Positions 48,576 to 64,000 of a DNA stretch of 64,000 nucleotides are shown piece after piece; the first letter of the stretch is position 1, and each line of letters begins with the position of its first letter. Made by a program: the position numbers and the translations under genes. The notes under the pieces are model-generated. The model saw only the letters and a program-made list of their open reading frames with translations, made no database searches and was not told where the DNA came from. The stretch is taken from assembly GCA_002269645.1 (NCBI GenBank), contig NIVC01001560.1, positions 1 through 64,000 of the forward strand, in the 5' to 3' direction. The DNA comes from Macrostomum lignano. Lineage: Eukaryota.

Positions 48576-49209
48576 CAACAAGGACTCTCAACTCTACGAC
48601 TCCCTTTGATGAGCTGTGGATTCAAGCTCAGCCGTCCTGCTTGGGCTCGTCACATTCAAGCATGTGTCTGTTTTACCCTAGGTTTAGCAGCGCTCATTAA
48701 TTTTTTATTTACAGCAAGAAACTCCAAGCTGTGTCGTTACGTCTCCTACTTGCGATTTGAATGCGTTTTTTGGGGATTTTTTCCCTATCGACTGGAGATA
48801 TGAGAGCTCGGTTTTGAAGCCCCAATGTATTTGGGTTTCAAATTTCAATGGAGATTATACGAGTGCCAGATGTGAGACACAAGAAAATCTAGGGACTGTT
48901 TCCAATGCCTCTGTTCAAGTGCGTTTATACATGCGCCCTTTTCCCTGCCATTGGAACTGAAGTTTCCCAATTTCTGATTTTCTTGTGTTGCATAAATGTT
49001 TTGTCTGACAGACTCGCTTTGACTAAAGGAGCTTTACTCAACTCACTAGCTGGTCGGGGCCTGCTAATCCCCTGCCTCGCTTGGATACTGGGATTATGAG
49101 CTTATCGCCTAATCTCTCTAATCTGTTCATTTAGGGGCGCAGTTCGTTACCGTTTGGCGACACTTTTGCGAAAAATGTTTTTTGCCCTCTGCACCGCAGC
49201 ACGGAGAGA

Positions 49210-49858
49210 AGGGTGCCAGCTACAGATGTGGCGCTATGCCAGCTACAGATGTGGCGCTATGCCAGCTACAGATGTGGCGCTATGCCAGCTACAGATGTGG
49301 CGCTATGCCAGCTACAGATGTGGCGCTATGCCAGCTAGAAATGTGGCGCCATGCCAGCTACAGATGTGGCGCTATGCCAGCTACAGATGTGGCGCTATGC
49401 CAGCTAGAGATGTGGCGCTATGCCAGCTACAGAGATGGGATGCTATGCCAGCTACAGATGTGGCGCTATGCCAGCTACAGATGTGGCGCTATGCCAGCTA
49501 GAGATGTGGCGCCATGCCAGCTAGAGATGGGATGCTATGCCAGCTACAGAGATGGGATGCTATGCCAGCTACAGAGATGGGATGCTATGCCAGCTACAGA
49601 GATGGGATGCTATGCCAGCTACAGAGATGGGATGCTATGCCAGCTACAGAGATGGGATGCTATGCCAGCTACAGAGATGGGATGCTATGCCAGCTACAGA
49701 GATGGGATGCTATGCCAGCTACAGAGATGGGATGCTATGCCAGCTACAGAGATGGGATGCTATGCCAGCTACAGAGATGGGATGCTATGCCAGCTACAGA
49801 GATGGGATGCTATGCCAGCTACAGAGATGGGATGCTATGCCAGCTACAGAGCTACAGC
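49210..49858. repeat. 23-bp/25-bp tandem repeat (gctatgccagctacagatgtggc grading into gctatgccagctacagagatgggat)
   Basis: Directly visible. The unit type switches along the array. Confidence 0.96.
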
Positions 49859-50393
49859 TACCTATTACACACTAACGGCGATGCCCGATAAAATTTAAAG
49901 ATATGGCTGTACAGACACGCTTTAGAGGCTTAGGATCTTGGTACGCATGTTTTTCACCTAAAAACTATAATATTTTGATCAGAAGCGTCATCTCACTAGA
50001 GTGCGTGTTCACTGGATTTGCTCTGTCAAATGATCTTTTATAGCTAAAATATACTCGTATCCATGAAACTTGAGCTGTCACGCAGAGATAAGGAAGTTTG
50101 TAAATCGTGAGAGCCGAGCTCTCAAGTCGAGCAGAGACACGAATAAAGCGCGCCCCATGTTGACAAACCAAGTTGAAGCAATTTTTTATCTTGCAATGAA
50201 ATAACCGGTTGCGCATTTCTCTTCCGTCATTGGCTTCTTTTTATTGTATTCCATTCTATCAGTCCATAGCGAAATGCAAATAAGACTCGTCTCGCAGTTG
50301 TTTAGGTTTTAAAAACACAAAATGAGCAAAATAATTAAAGTGTCACACAAAGACGGGAAGGTTGCCGTGGAGGAGGCTGAGCTCATCCGGGAT

Positions 50394-51491
50394 TCAGATG
50401 AACTTGTTGACGCTGTTTGACTTCCTGCGCGGCCCGAACGGGGCTAAGAATGTCCTGCCGGAGCTGGAGTTGCCCGTCACCAGCCCGGCGGAATTGCCCG
50501 CCGAAGATGACGAGGCGATGGCGAGGGGGCCGGTTACCGAGGCGGCGGTGGCCAGGCCCGCCCGGCTGGTTCGCCGGTAGACCCCGATGGTGAAGTCGTC
50601 CGACCAGAGCGGGCAGATGCGCAGGTTGGACGGCCGGCGCAGACGGTCCCGGTCCCCAGTCGGCAGCATCTCGTCGGCCCAGACGTCCCACGGCACGATG
50701 GACTGCTTCGGCGGCACCAGCAGCTCCTGACGCTCGCCAGGCACTCGGGGATACCAGATTAACGACTGGGCAGCGTTGCAGTGCGGCGGGTGCATCGCTG
50801 ACAGCGGCACCGACTTATCGGTTTCGCAGATTATCGGCAGCTCCGGCTGTTCGTCCATGACGGCTTTGAGTCGCCGGCCGAGTCTCTGGTGCGGATCAAA
50901 CTGTAGATGCATTGTGTAGCGCCAGCGCATTGTCTTCAGCACGAATAATTCGTCTCGGCCCAAGTGGAATTGTTCGTTATTGGACCGTTGTCTGCGCAGA
51001 GCGACCAGCCACACCCAGAAGTCCTGCTTGCGTATGACGTCAGTTAGGTGCACGCCGCCGCAGAACGGCAGCTGCCAAGCGACGGTCGGGTAGAAGTGGT
51101 CGCTGTAATGCAGGCGCACCTCGGATTCCGCCACGGTGCCGCGCGGTATCTCGCATTTGCTTGTAGTCAGGCTGTAGAACGGATACTGCCGCCCGTCGCT
51201 GTCGTTCACCATTTTGTGTCTCCGGGCGGACATAGGGTGAAATTCCCAGTGCGAGCTGCCGAATTTGCCGTACCTATTCTCCAGGTACATTCCATCGCAG
51301 GCCTGCACGAGACCCACCGTCCAGTGACTATTTGCCACCGACTCCTCTAGTGTTAATGTGGTCTTGCAGCGGAAGTGCTGGCTCTCGTACTGCACTAGAA
51401 ATGGCTTCTCGGACACTTTAGTCTGCGTGGAATTGTCATAATACACTTTCATGCTCTTTACGTGGATTTTATCGACGTCGAACTTCGGCAT
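50394..51491 (-). CDS. FAM78: FAM78-family protein; intronless
   Basis: WTVGLVQAC..M...NRYG..GSSHWEF...VNDSDG..YPFY...DHFYPTVAW..P...LT...RKQDFWVWLV...LKTMRWR...DP.QRLGRR...P.CNAAQSLIWYP...LLVPPK matches the recalled FAM78A/B pattern. The first ATG is at 51491 (MPKFD); the track start at 51575 is a TTG. Confidence 0.88.
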   Translation of the reverse strand: MPKFDVDKIHVKSMKVYYDNSTQTKVSEKPFLVQYESQHFRCKTTLTLEESVANSHWTVGLVQACDGMYLENRYGKFGSSHWEFHPMSARRHKMVNDSDGRQYPFYSLTTSKCEIPRGTVAESEVRLHYSDHFYPTVAWQLPFCGGVHLTDVIRKQDFWVWLVALRRQRSNNEQFHLGRDELFVLKTMRWRYTMHLQFDPHQRLGRRLKAVMDEQPELPIICETDKSVPLSAMHPPHCNAAQSLIWYPRVPGERQELLVPPKQSIVPWDVWADEMLPTGDRDRLRRPSNLRICPLWSDDFTIGVYRRTSRAGLATAASVTGPLAIASSSSAGNSAGLVTGNSSSGRTFLAPFGPRRKSNSVNKFI

Positions 51492-52111
51492 GGTGAATTT
51501 GGTCGGCTGTCGGTAATCGTGCGTACTTTTTGTGTTTTTAGTCCTGCCAGCAGACCGGCTGAGTGCGCCCAGCAATCTCGTCGATGGGAGGGAAGTGCTG
51601 CGCCCCTAATCATTTTCACTTTCGTCTGTCAGGCTTGAGTCTGTTTTGACCATGGACTAAACGCAGTTCTGCTATAGGCGTAGTTACGAGCGTATATCCC
51701 AGAATGCAACGCTGCTGTCTATGCTCAAAAGACTTCATTCATTGCATTGAGTTAGACCCGGCTGCACTGCTAAATGAGGGCAAAGAGTAGAAAGCGGCAC
51801 ACACGACTGCTTTTACTCGTAAGTAACAAGAGATAGAGCCGTCAATAAGTTGGAACCATGGAAACTCTGCAAAACCCTCTCTGATGTCACGGATGCAGTG
51901 CACGTGATTCCCATCATTCGGCGCGTTTCTCGTGTCAATAAGGGCAAGCAAAGTCGAACATAAAAGTCTGCTTTGATTTACTAATTAGTGTTTGGTTCTC
52001 TGATATGCTTCACCTGTCTATAGTCACAACAGAGCACTTTTTTGTGTGGATAAATGTACATAGCCGATAGCTTTAAATAGATATTTCATGGACTCACAGC
52101 CTTCAGTAGTA

Positions 52112-53031
52112 ATCCTTCAACGCTTGTCGCAACAATGCACTCATCCTTCAACGCTTGTCGCAACAATGCACTCATCCTTCAACGCTTGTCGCAACAATAC
52201 ACTCATCCTTCAACGCTTGTCGCAACAATACACTCATCCTTCAACGCTTGTCGCAACAATGCACTCATCCTTCAACGCTTGTCGCAACAATGCACTCATC
52301 CTTCAACGCTTGTCGCAACAATACACTCATCCTTCAACGCTTGTCGCAACAATACACTCATCCTTCAACGCTTGTCGCAACAATGCACTCATCCTTCAAC
52401 GCTTGTCGCAACAATGCACTCATCCTTCAACACTTGTCGCAACAATGCACTCATCCTTCAACACTTGTCGCAACAATGCACTCATCCTTCAACACTTGTC
52501 GCAACAATGCACTCATCCTTCAACGCTTGTCGCAACAATGCACTCATCCTTCAACGCTTGTCGCAACAATGCACTCATCCTTCAACACTTGTCGCAACAA
52601 TGCACTCATCCTTCAACGCTTGTCGCAACAATGCACTCATCCTTCAACGCTTGTCGCAACAATGCACTCATCCTTCAACGCTTTTCGCAACAATGCACTC
52701 ATCCTTCAACGCTTGTCGCAACAATGCACTCATCCTTCAACGCTTGTCGCAACAATACACTCATCCTTCAACGCTTGTCGCAACAATGCACTCATCCTTC
52801 AACGCTTGTCGCAACAATGCACTCATCCTTCAACGCTTGTCGCAACAATGCACTCATCCTTCAACGCTTGTCGCAACAATGCACTCATCCTTCAACGCTT
52901 GTCGCAACAATACACTCATCCTTCAACGCTTGTCGCAACAATGCACTCATACTTCAACGCTTGTCGCAACAATGCACTCATCCTTCAACGCTTGTCGCAA
53001 CAATGCACTCATCCTTCAACGCTTGTCGCAA
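52112..53031. repeat. 31-bp tandem repeat (cactcatccttcaacgcttgtcgcaacaatg), ~30 copies
   Basis: Directly visible. Confidence 0.97.
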
Positions 53032-53261
53032 CGTCCCAACTTGACTCTTGAACAGAGTATTTGAAAATCATTGGTCGTTTTGGTTTTGGCTCTCTTGGAT
53101 AGTTTTGCAAAATAAAGAAATACATGCGTAAACATGTGGTGTCTAGTTCGGAGAAAATCAGTCAAACACGCCGTGATGGAAGTGTTAAATGTATTTTTTT
53201 GCTTGGCTTATCATTGCTGTCTAAAAGAAGCGACAATCACGCAAGAAAAATACGATGAGGC

Positions 53262-54600
53262 TTCACAAGCGCTAATTTTCATAAGCGCTAACTCACTCAC
53301 TTTCACAAGCGCTAATTTTCAAAAGCGCTAACTCACCTACTTTCACAAGCGCTAACTTTCATAAGCGCTAACTCACCTACTTTCACAAGCGCTAATTTTC
53401 ATAAGCGCTAACTCACCTACTTTCACAAGCGCTAATTTTCATAAGCGCTAACTCACCTACTTTCACAAGCGCTAAACTTCACAAGCGCTAAACTTCAGAA
53501 TAGCGAAACCACCTACTTTCACAAGCGCTAAACTTCACAAGCGCTAAACTTCAGAATAGCGAAACCACCTACTTTCACAAGCGCTAAACTTCACAAGCGC
53601 TAAACTTCAGAATAGCGAAACCACCTACTTTCACAAGCGCTAAACTTCACAAGCGCTAAACTTCAGAATAGCGAAACCACCTACTTTCACAAGCGCTAAA
53701 CTTCACAAGCGCTTAACTTCACATTAGCTACGAATTTGTCACCTACTTTCACAAGCGCTAAACTTCACATTAGCTAAACTTCACAACCGCTAAAACACAA
53801 ATGTCGCCTATTTTCACAAGCGCTAAACTTCACAAACGCTAAACTTCAGAATAGCGAAACCACCTACTTTCACAAGCGCTAAGCTTCATAATAGCATACA
53901 AATTCGCCACCTACTTTCACAAGCGCTAAACTTCACAAACGCTAAACTTCACAACCGCTAAAACACAAATGTCGCCTGACTTTCACAAGCGCTAAACTTT
54001 ACATTAGCTAAACTTCACAACCGCTAAAACACAAATGTCGCCTACTTTCACAAGCGCTAAACTTCACAAACGCTAACCTTTACAATCCCCAAAACACGAA
54101 TGTCGGTTTCTTTTACAAGCGCTAAAATGTTAATTTACTATATATACTCACAATATACTAAATCTCTAAGATCTGTCTGTCTGACCGGTATTCCAGTAAT
54201 ATACTAATACTAATATACTATACTAATACACTAATATACTATTTTAGCGCTTGTGAAAGTAGACGGCATTCGTGCTTAGCGTTTGTGAAGTTTAGCGTTT
54301 GTGAAGTTTAGCGCTTGTGAAGTTTAGCGCTTGTGAAGTTTAGCGCTTGTGAAGTTTAGCGCTTGTGAAGTTTAGCGCTTGTGAAAGTAGTTGGTTTCGC
54401 TATTCTGAAGTTTAGCGCTTGTGAAATTTAGCGTTTGTGAAAGTAGGTGGCGAATTTGTAGCTATTGTGAAGCTTAGCGCTTGTGAAGCTTAGCGCTTGT
54501 GAAAGTAGTTGGTTTCGCTATTCTGAAGTTTAGCGCTTGTGAAATTTAGCGCTTGTGAAAGTCAATGTCGTTAGCGGTTATGAAAATTAGCGCTTGTGAA
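53262..54600. mobile_element. Foldback-type element: long inverted arms built of ttcacaagcgcta subrepeats around an AT-rich spacer
   Basis: The left arm (53262-~54125) repeats ttcacaagcgctaa and the right arm (~54243-54600) repeats ttagcgcttgtgaa. The termini match as a ~30-bp inverted repeat, ttcacaagcgctaattttcataa(g/c)cgctaac. Confidence 0.72.
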
Positions 54601-54894
54601 AGGGACCCAAAAATACAAGGCTAGTTTTTGCCTACTTCATGTAGTAGACAGTGGTCCATGCATAGTAACTGACACGTCGTATTCTTCCCTAACAATGCAA
54701 ACAATATTTCTTCCAGTTCAGTTACAAAATTGAAACAATTATAAGTAAAATATAACTCACAGTATGTGAAGCAGGTGCTAGGAAAAACAGCGAATCAACG
54801 AAAACTGTGCAAAAATAAAACTGTGAAATTTTTTGTTTGTACGTTACGAGTACATAAGTAAATGCGAGATCACACAGGTGAGAGCGTGAGCACT

Positions 54895-55050
54895 CCATTG
54901 GACTGGGTAAGCAGATCGGTGGTTGATGTCCAGTGGACTGGGGAGAAGACCGGTGGTTGATGTCCAGTGGACTGGGGAGAAGACCGGTGGTTGATGTCCA
55001 ATGGACTGGGGAGAAGATCGGTGGTTGATGTCCAGTGGACGGGTAGAAGA
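54895..55050. repeat. ~34-bp repeat (ggtggttgatgtccagtggactggggagaagacc), ~4 copies
   Basis: Directly visible. Confidence 0.85.
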
Positions 55051-55208
55051 CCATGGTTGATCACATCCAGCAAAAACCAAAAGCTCACAATGGTCAAGCA
55101 GCACTCTATCTGAATTGCTGAAGCATCTGACCACAACTATTTTGAAGACTAAAAACTGAACTGCGATGCAGACAAACAGAAGCTGAAAAAAACCTGAAAT
55201 CTGTCACT

Positions 55209-59001
<3,793 letters not shown>

Positions 59002-62000
59002 AGCTGCGCTTTAGAATTATTTTCTGCTCTCCTCCGCCTGGGAATGAAGAAAGCAAAATATCCGGTGTTCTGGATGAGTCTATCAGTCTAAACAGCAAAT
59101 TCCAATGGTAATAATAAAAAATATAAATGCATAAAACTTAGAAATATTAAATGCTTAATATAGCATATCCTGTTAAACCCAAGTTAAGTTCAGCTGGAGA
59201 AAAACGTCAGTTATAATTGAAACAATAATCTTTTTTAGTTGTTATGTTTTCTAGTTAGTTTTTGTTCCTGCTCAACTTATTATACAATGACCAAATTAAA
59301 GCAAGTACATATTTTATATTTCGAAAACTATAAAATCGAGCATATAACCACACATTCATGATATGATGAGATTCATTCTAATAAGGAATATAAAAAATTA
59401 CCAGTCAGTCACTTAGGTCTCAGATTGAAGTTGTAAATATTTTTGCCAATTTACTTTTGATAATGAAAATTAGACAAATTTGCGGATATTACAAGATCAC
59501 TGAAATAATAAAAGTCGTAAAAATGATCGAGAATAACCAAGAAATCATTCAATAATCTACATTAGATTAAATAAATTTAAAGTGCTTCCCATTGTTTTAA
59601 TTGTCAATATAAGGTTTATAGTAACACAATTTCAAGAGCTATAATTTGCCTGCAGTGCTAAAACCAAGCCTGTGACGCTAAAATATTTCGTTCAGTTCAG
59701 AGACTAGGAACTAGGACTGGGCGGCATAGTGGCAAAAATCTTCTGTGGTGTAATTTACCATCGATTGTTACAATAACATTTACTATGCATGTTTTGCCCG
59801 CGACTACCCTCACCAGATGAAAATCCTGGCGTCTAGCTACACCACTGAACGTCAGAACGTGAAGGTGGAATCTCTGAATTACGATATCGCTGGGATCCGA
59901 CCTCGATCTGACCTAAAATTGGTCATTGACTTTTAATTTATTGTTCATTTAATTTACAGTAGTTTCAGTCGTTTTAACAAATACTTTGGCAGTGGTGTGA
60001 AGTTCAAAGCTAAAACGAACAATTTTACTGTCATTTATTAAGAATCACTATATCAATAACCATCGATATCTAAAAGCAAGCCGAAGTGTATAGCAGTTCT
60101 AGGTTTTAAATAATACATTTGTTAATAATTTCAACATCAGCTAGCTAGTTCTACGGGCCCCATGTGATTAGGCCTTGTCGCCTGCCTTCTTTTTATATAC
60201 ATTAAATATTAGAGTCCTAGGCCTATCCCTTTTAACAGCCACGCGCTTCGCCTGTATTTTAATCTGCAATTGGCTTTGAGTCAAATAAATGACAGAACTT
60301 ATCAACCTACTGTCTCTTATCTGTTATCTTTTCTGAACTGAACCTAGGCTAGGCCTATACACTTTCCTTAGGCCTATAGGCCTACTAATTTACTTATGTT
60401 CTACAACTAAGCTGTCAGGAGGCGGCCTGGCTTAGTTCTTTTAAAAAAGCTGAGCTGCTCCTGCTGAAGCCAAGGCAGAAAAGCTGCCAAAACTTCAAAT
60501 GCTTAACTTAAGTATCCAGGCGAAGTGTTTAGGCCTTGTTTATTGTGTTTGATATAAATCTGTAAGTAAGTTAGGCCTATACTATGACTAGGCCTAATAT
60601 AAAATAGGCCCTACTCATACTAGGCTAGGTATAATATGAGTATTTTATATTTGTAGAACAATTAGCAACTTTCATTGTTTTTGTTAACTGAGCCTATTCC
60701 TGGCATAATCTTTGGGCCTTGTTTTCCTGCGTTAAATTAGGCCTATGAGTTAAAATTAGTCCATAGCAGTCAATAGTCCACTGAGCTCACTAAATGGCAT
60801 AATAATAAACAACCCAGATCTAGTTAGAAACTACAAATTAGGAACTTTACATATGAATATCATTGAAGGGACTTGGATGCATATCAAGGCAAACTTCCAA
60901 AACATGAATAGCACTAGCAATGGCCTATTCAATTTGCACTTGATTACTTGAATGAGTACTTCTGGCGCCACCTTTACTTAGAAAAGTCCTTTGGCTATTT
61001 CTTGTTCTAGGTAACAACTGGATAAGCCAAGGTAAGTCGCAAAATTGAAAACAAAAAATGAAAAATTGGGGGAGGAAAGAAAAGAGAAAAAGAGAAAGGG
61101 AAAAGAGAAAAAGAAAAGAGAAAGAAAAACAAGAAGTCATATACAAAGTGAAAATTAAGTCACAATTGGGGGAACTAAAGTCACAATTGAAAGGAACAAA
61201 GTCACAAATCTGGACAAAACTAAGTCACATTGGACATGTGAAATTTTGAGGTTGGGCATATATGTTAGGGCCTAATAAAAATTGTAGAAATATAAAATTT
61301 CAAAATCTCACTGGAGTCCCTAGTCTGTCTACTAAGTCTACTAAGTCTGACTAGACAGGTGAAGATAGGCCTAATTAATACTAATTAGATGACAAGGTAT
61401 TTACTCCTGCTGTTTACCCAAACCATTAATACCATTATTGGGGTTGTGGGAAAATCTGGCAATGAGATCATTGTTTCCTTTTGTTTGTATGCCATTTTGG
61501 ATAATAAAACAAAAGAAAAATGAAGAAAGTAAAAAATTAAAAATAAGTTTTGCTCTCTTGCAGAAAATAATAAAAAATGCTAATTTTTCTACTGTCAGTA
61601 GCTTTAGAAAACTTCAAATGCAAAAAAATGCCCATGCAGGACACTTTACACACAAACTGATTATTGCATTGTATTCAGATAGGCCTATGAAATCTATGCT
61701 AAAAAAAGATTTCAAAACTTTGTTGCTTCTTTTCCATAATAAAAAGATATTTTTTAAATCCTTATGGACATTCAGTGCAAAAACTACAACCTAAGAAAAT
61801 TCTCCACAGGAATACCTTTTTTGGATGTGTTAATTACAATCAATACACTCTACAAGGCCCTGTTTGAAACCAAACATTGAATCATTGCTGTCATTAGAAG
61901 GGTTTGAAAAAAATTCCCACTAGCCAAATAGGGACATTAGGAAATTTTTTCTTGCTGTTTTGTCCTTGAACACACTTTAATTGCTACTCTACTCATATCT

Positions 62001-63013
62001 GGTCTTTATTTGTGTTTAAATGGGCTTAATTTACTCTAAATTTAAATTTCCAAAACATTGGTTTTTTAAGTTGTGTCCTCACTTTGGTTTTTCTACCAAA
62101 AGTAGCCAAACTTCCATCTAACATAGGCCCCTAACTTGGTTTGTGTTGCACATTTTAAGATAGTTAAAAACTATTGACATATGTTCCATTTTTGTCTGTT
62201 TTCAGTGTATGTTTCAATTTTTCTGGTTCATTTGTATATTGGCTCTATTTCAATTTATGATAGGCACTATTTACATTTTTTCTGCGACTTTTGGCCCTGT
62301 TTTTCAGCTCGTCAGAGTCCCTACTTGATATATAAGGCCTATATTTTTGATAAAAAATTATTTCAACAATTGTTTAAATGTTTTTAAAAAAAATTATAAA
62401 TCAAAAAAAATTCTTATTATTTTATTAATATATTGCAATGTCATATATTTATATATGCTAATCTATATGCCAAAGCCCTATCCACAAATCTACTATGCAT
62501 ATATATATTATATGCCAGAATATTCTATATAATGGTTATCTTCAATATATTATATTTATAGGATAGGATTACTAGTTTAAATCAATTAGATTAAGTAGAT
62601 TTTCAATACAAAATGAAAGTATATAACTAATTAGATCTTGGCTTAGCTTTTTTCTTTGGCAATTAGCTAGCAGAAAATATTAAAAGTATAGGCCTAGATA
62701 AAAAGCTTTGTATATATATATATAAGTTATTTTAGTTTTTGTATTGAGGTATATAGATATATAAATATATAGGTGGTACATAAATTTGTAATAAATCATT
62801 TATAATTATAGAGATGTATCTATAAATCAGGAAGGTCATTCATTATAAAACTTTAAGACAGTCACCAAAGACATGCAAAGAAATCTACACAAAAGGATCT
62901 TATAAAACTAAAAAAGACAAATTGACTAATTGACTTAAAATATTGACCCTATGATAGACACTTAACACAAAACACACAAATACATGTAGCTGTTTAGAAG
63001 AAGAAAGAAAAGG

Positions 63014-63361
63014 CAGGGGGGTTGTGTGCACCCTGGCGCACCTTAAGCGACATAGGCACACAACTTGCGAGAGGCATTACTGCCAATTCCGCCAACTCCC
63101 CTGAGTAGGCACACAAGCGCGCGGATACGTACGCAGGCACACACTCACACAGGAGTGTACAGCGGCCCTAACTTTATTTTTATTGTTAGGCATGTACACT
63201 TCACTGCGCCTTGGGGGTTTGGCTCTCAAGGCCATTAATTGCACGAGCAGAGCCAAGCCGAGATTCCAATTCAGCCCCAAATTAATGTGACTGCACTTGG
63301 AATCAAGCCTGGGTCGCTGGCACACCAGAGCCTGCGCTAGACTGCTGGGCTATGGCCCCCC
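63014..63361 (-). mobile_element. tRNA-derived SINE, copy 2 (near full length)
   Basis: The minus strand starts GGGGGCCATAGCCCAGCAGTCTAGCG...GGCTTGATTCC (A- and B-box-like). The body is shared with 44062-44360 and ends in a short TTTC-type tail. Confidence 0.78.
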
Positions 63362-63461
63362 TTCATGTAGCTGTTTACTTTGATATGTCTCTATACTTTT
63401 AGATCAAATCCTGAAGTATATTATAGCCAGATGTTTTGCTGTTTTTTTTAATCCAGCCCAC

Positions 63462-64000
63462 ATGGTACACACGAGGCGATCCGATGCCCTCGAGATAAGT
63501 GGCAGCAGAGGCTGCGGCGCCGGCAGCAATGCCAGCGCCTCTCCAGTGTTTAACAATCGAAAATCTGGCGGCAGTGCCACATCACCGCAGCGTCAGTTGC
63601 AGCCTCTGCAGCAGCCTCATCATCATAACCATCACCACCATCATAGCCATCATCACCAGCAGCAGCAGGACTATGACTCCAGGCCAGATGGTCGCCCGAG
63701 AAGACTAGCCGCCAGTGAGAATGGTGCTCATATTGGCGACAGTCGGAAGCGTCGCCTGCGATACGCCGTCAGCACAGAGGATGAGGAGGATGAAGATGAC
63801 GAGGATGAGCACGAATTGGTTGGCAACGGAGGGCTGGGTCACAGCGAAGACGACGATGGAGAGTCTTTAGATAGACGTAGCCGGCAGCCTCGACGCGTCG
63901 TTGAACGACTGTCGCGCCGGCGCAGCCGACAGCAGAAGCGGCCGCGTCGGCACCTTCAACAGAGTGACGTTGATGAAAACGTCGACGAAGATGACGAGGA
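63462..64000 (+). CDS. 5' part of an uncharacterised low-complexity (His-, Asp/Glu-, Arg-rich) probable nuclear protein; open at the window edge
   Basis: An acceptor-like tttttttaatccag lies just before ATG 63462. The frame is open to 64000: MVHTRRSDALEISG...HHHNHHHHH...RKRRLRYAVSTEDEEDEDDEDE...KRPRRH... It is absent from the ORF track because there is no stop. Confidence 0.65.
   Translation, partial: MVHTRRSDALEISGSRGCGAGSNASASPVFNNRKSGGSATSPQRQLQPLQQPHHHNHHHHHSHHHQQQQDYDSRPDGRPRRLAASENGAHIGDSRKRRLRYAVSTEDEEDEDDEDEHELVGNGGLGHSEDDDGESLDRRSRQPRRVVERLSRRRSRQQKRPRRHLQQSDVDENVDEDDE

Noticed and set aside
49154-49898. Cys-rich repeat ORFs, and likewise those at 52088-53064
   Set aside because: The 23/25-bp and 31-bp units are not multiples of three and are open in every frame.

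Overview
Eukaryotic (animal) genomic DNA. GC-rich, Gln/His/Gly-rich coding exons sit in AT-rich spacers crowded with micro- and minisatellites. The style suggests an invertebrate such as a free-living flatworm, but that is inference only. Supported genes: (1) a spliced KIAA0513/SBF2-domain-like gene (+, 3156-10793) whose first exon encodes a very long glutenin-like GQQ/GQL repeat; (2) a secreted PAN/apple plus ALK/LTK-type glycine-rich protein with no kinase (+, 18829-20592); (3) a SoxB1 HMG-box gene (-) that probably has an extra 5' coding exon (27838-27425 joined to 25124-24171); (4) an intronless class A GPCR (-, 41213-43054); (5) a FAM78-family gene (-); (6) a three-exon CCDC24-like gene (-, 59001-55209); (7) the start of an acidic/His-rich ORF that runs off the right edge. 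Non-coding content includes about 25 tandem arrays, two copies of a tRNA-headed SINE, a foldback-type inverted-repeat element, and three copies of a ~255-bp hairpin-rich element always abutting (GATA)n/(TTAG)n microsatellites, one copy apparently circularly permuted. Most ORFs in the supplied track are artefacts of tandem repeats. There are no CRISPR arrays or prokaryotic features. Family assignments come from recalled motif similarity, not from database searches.
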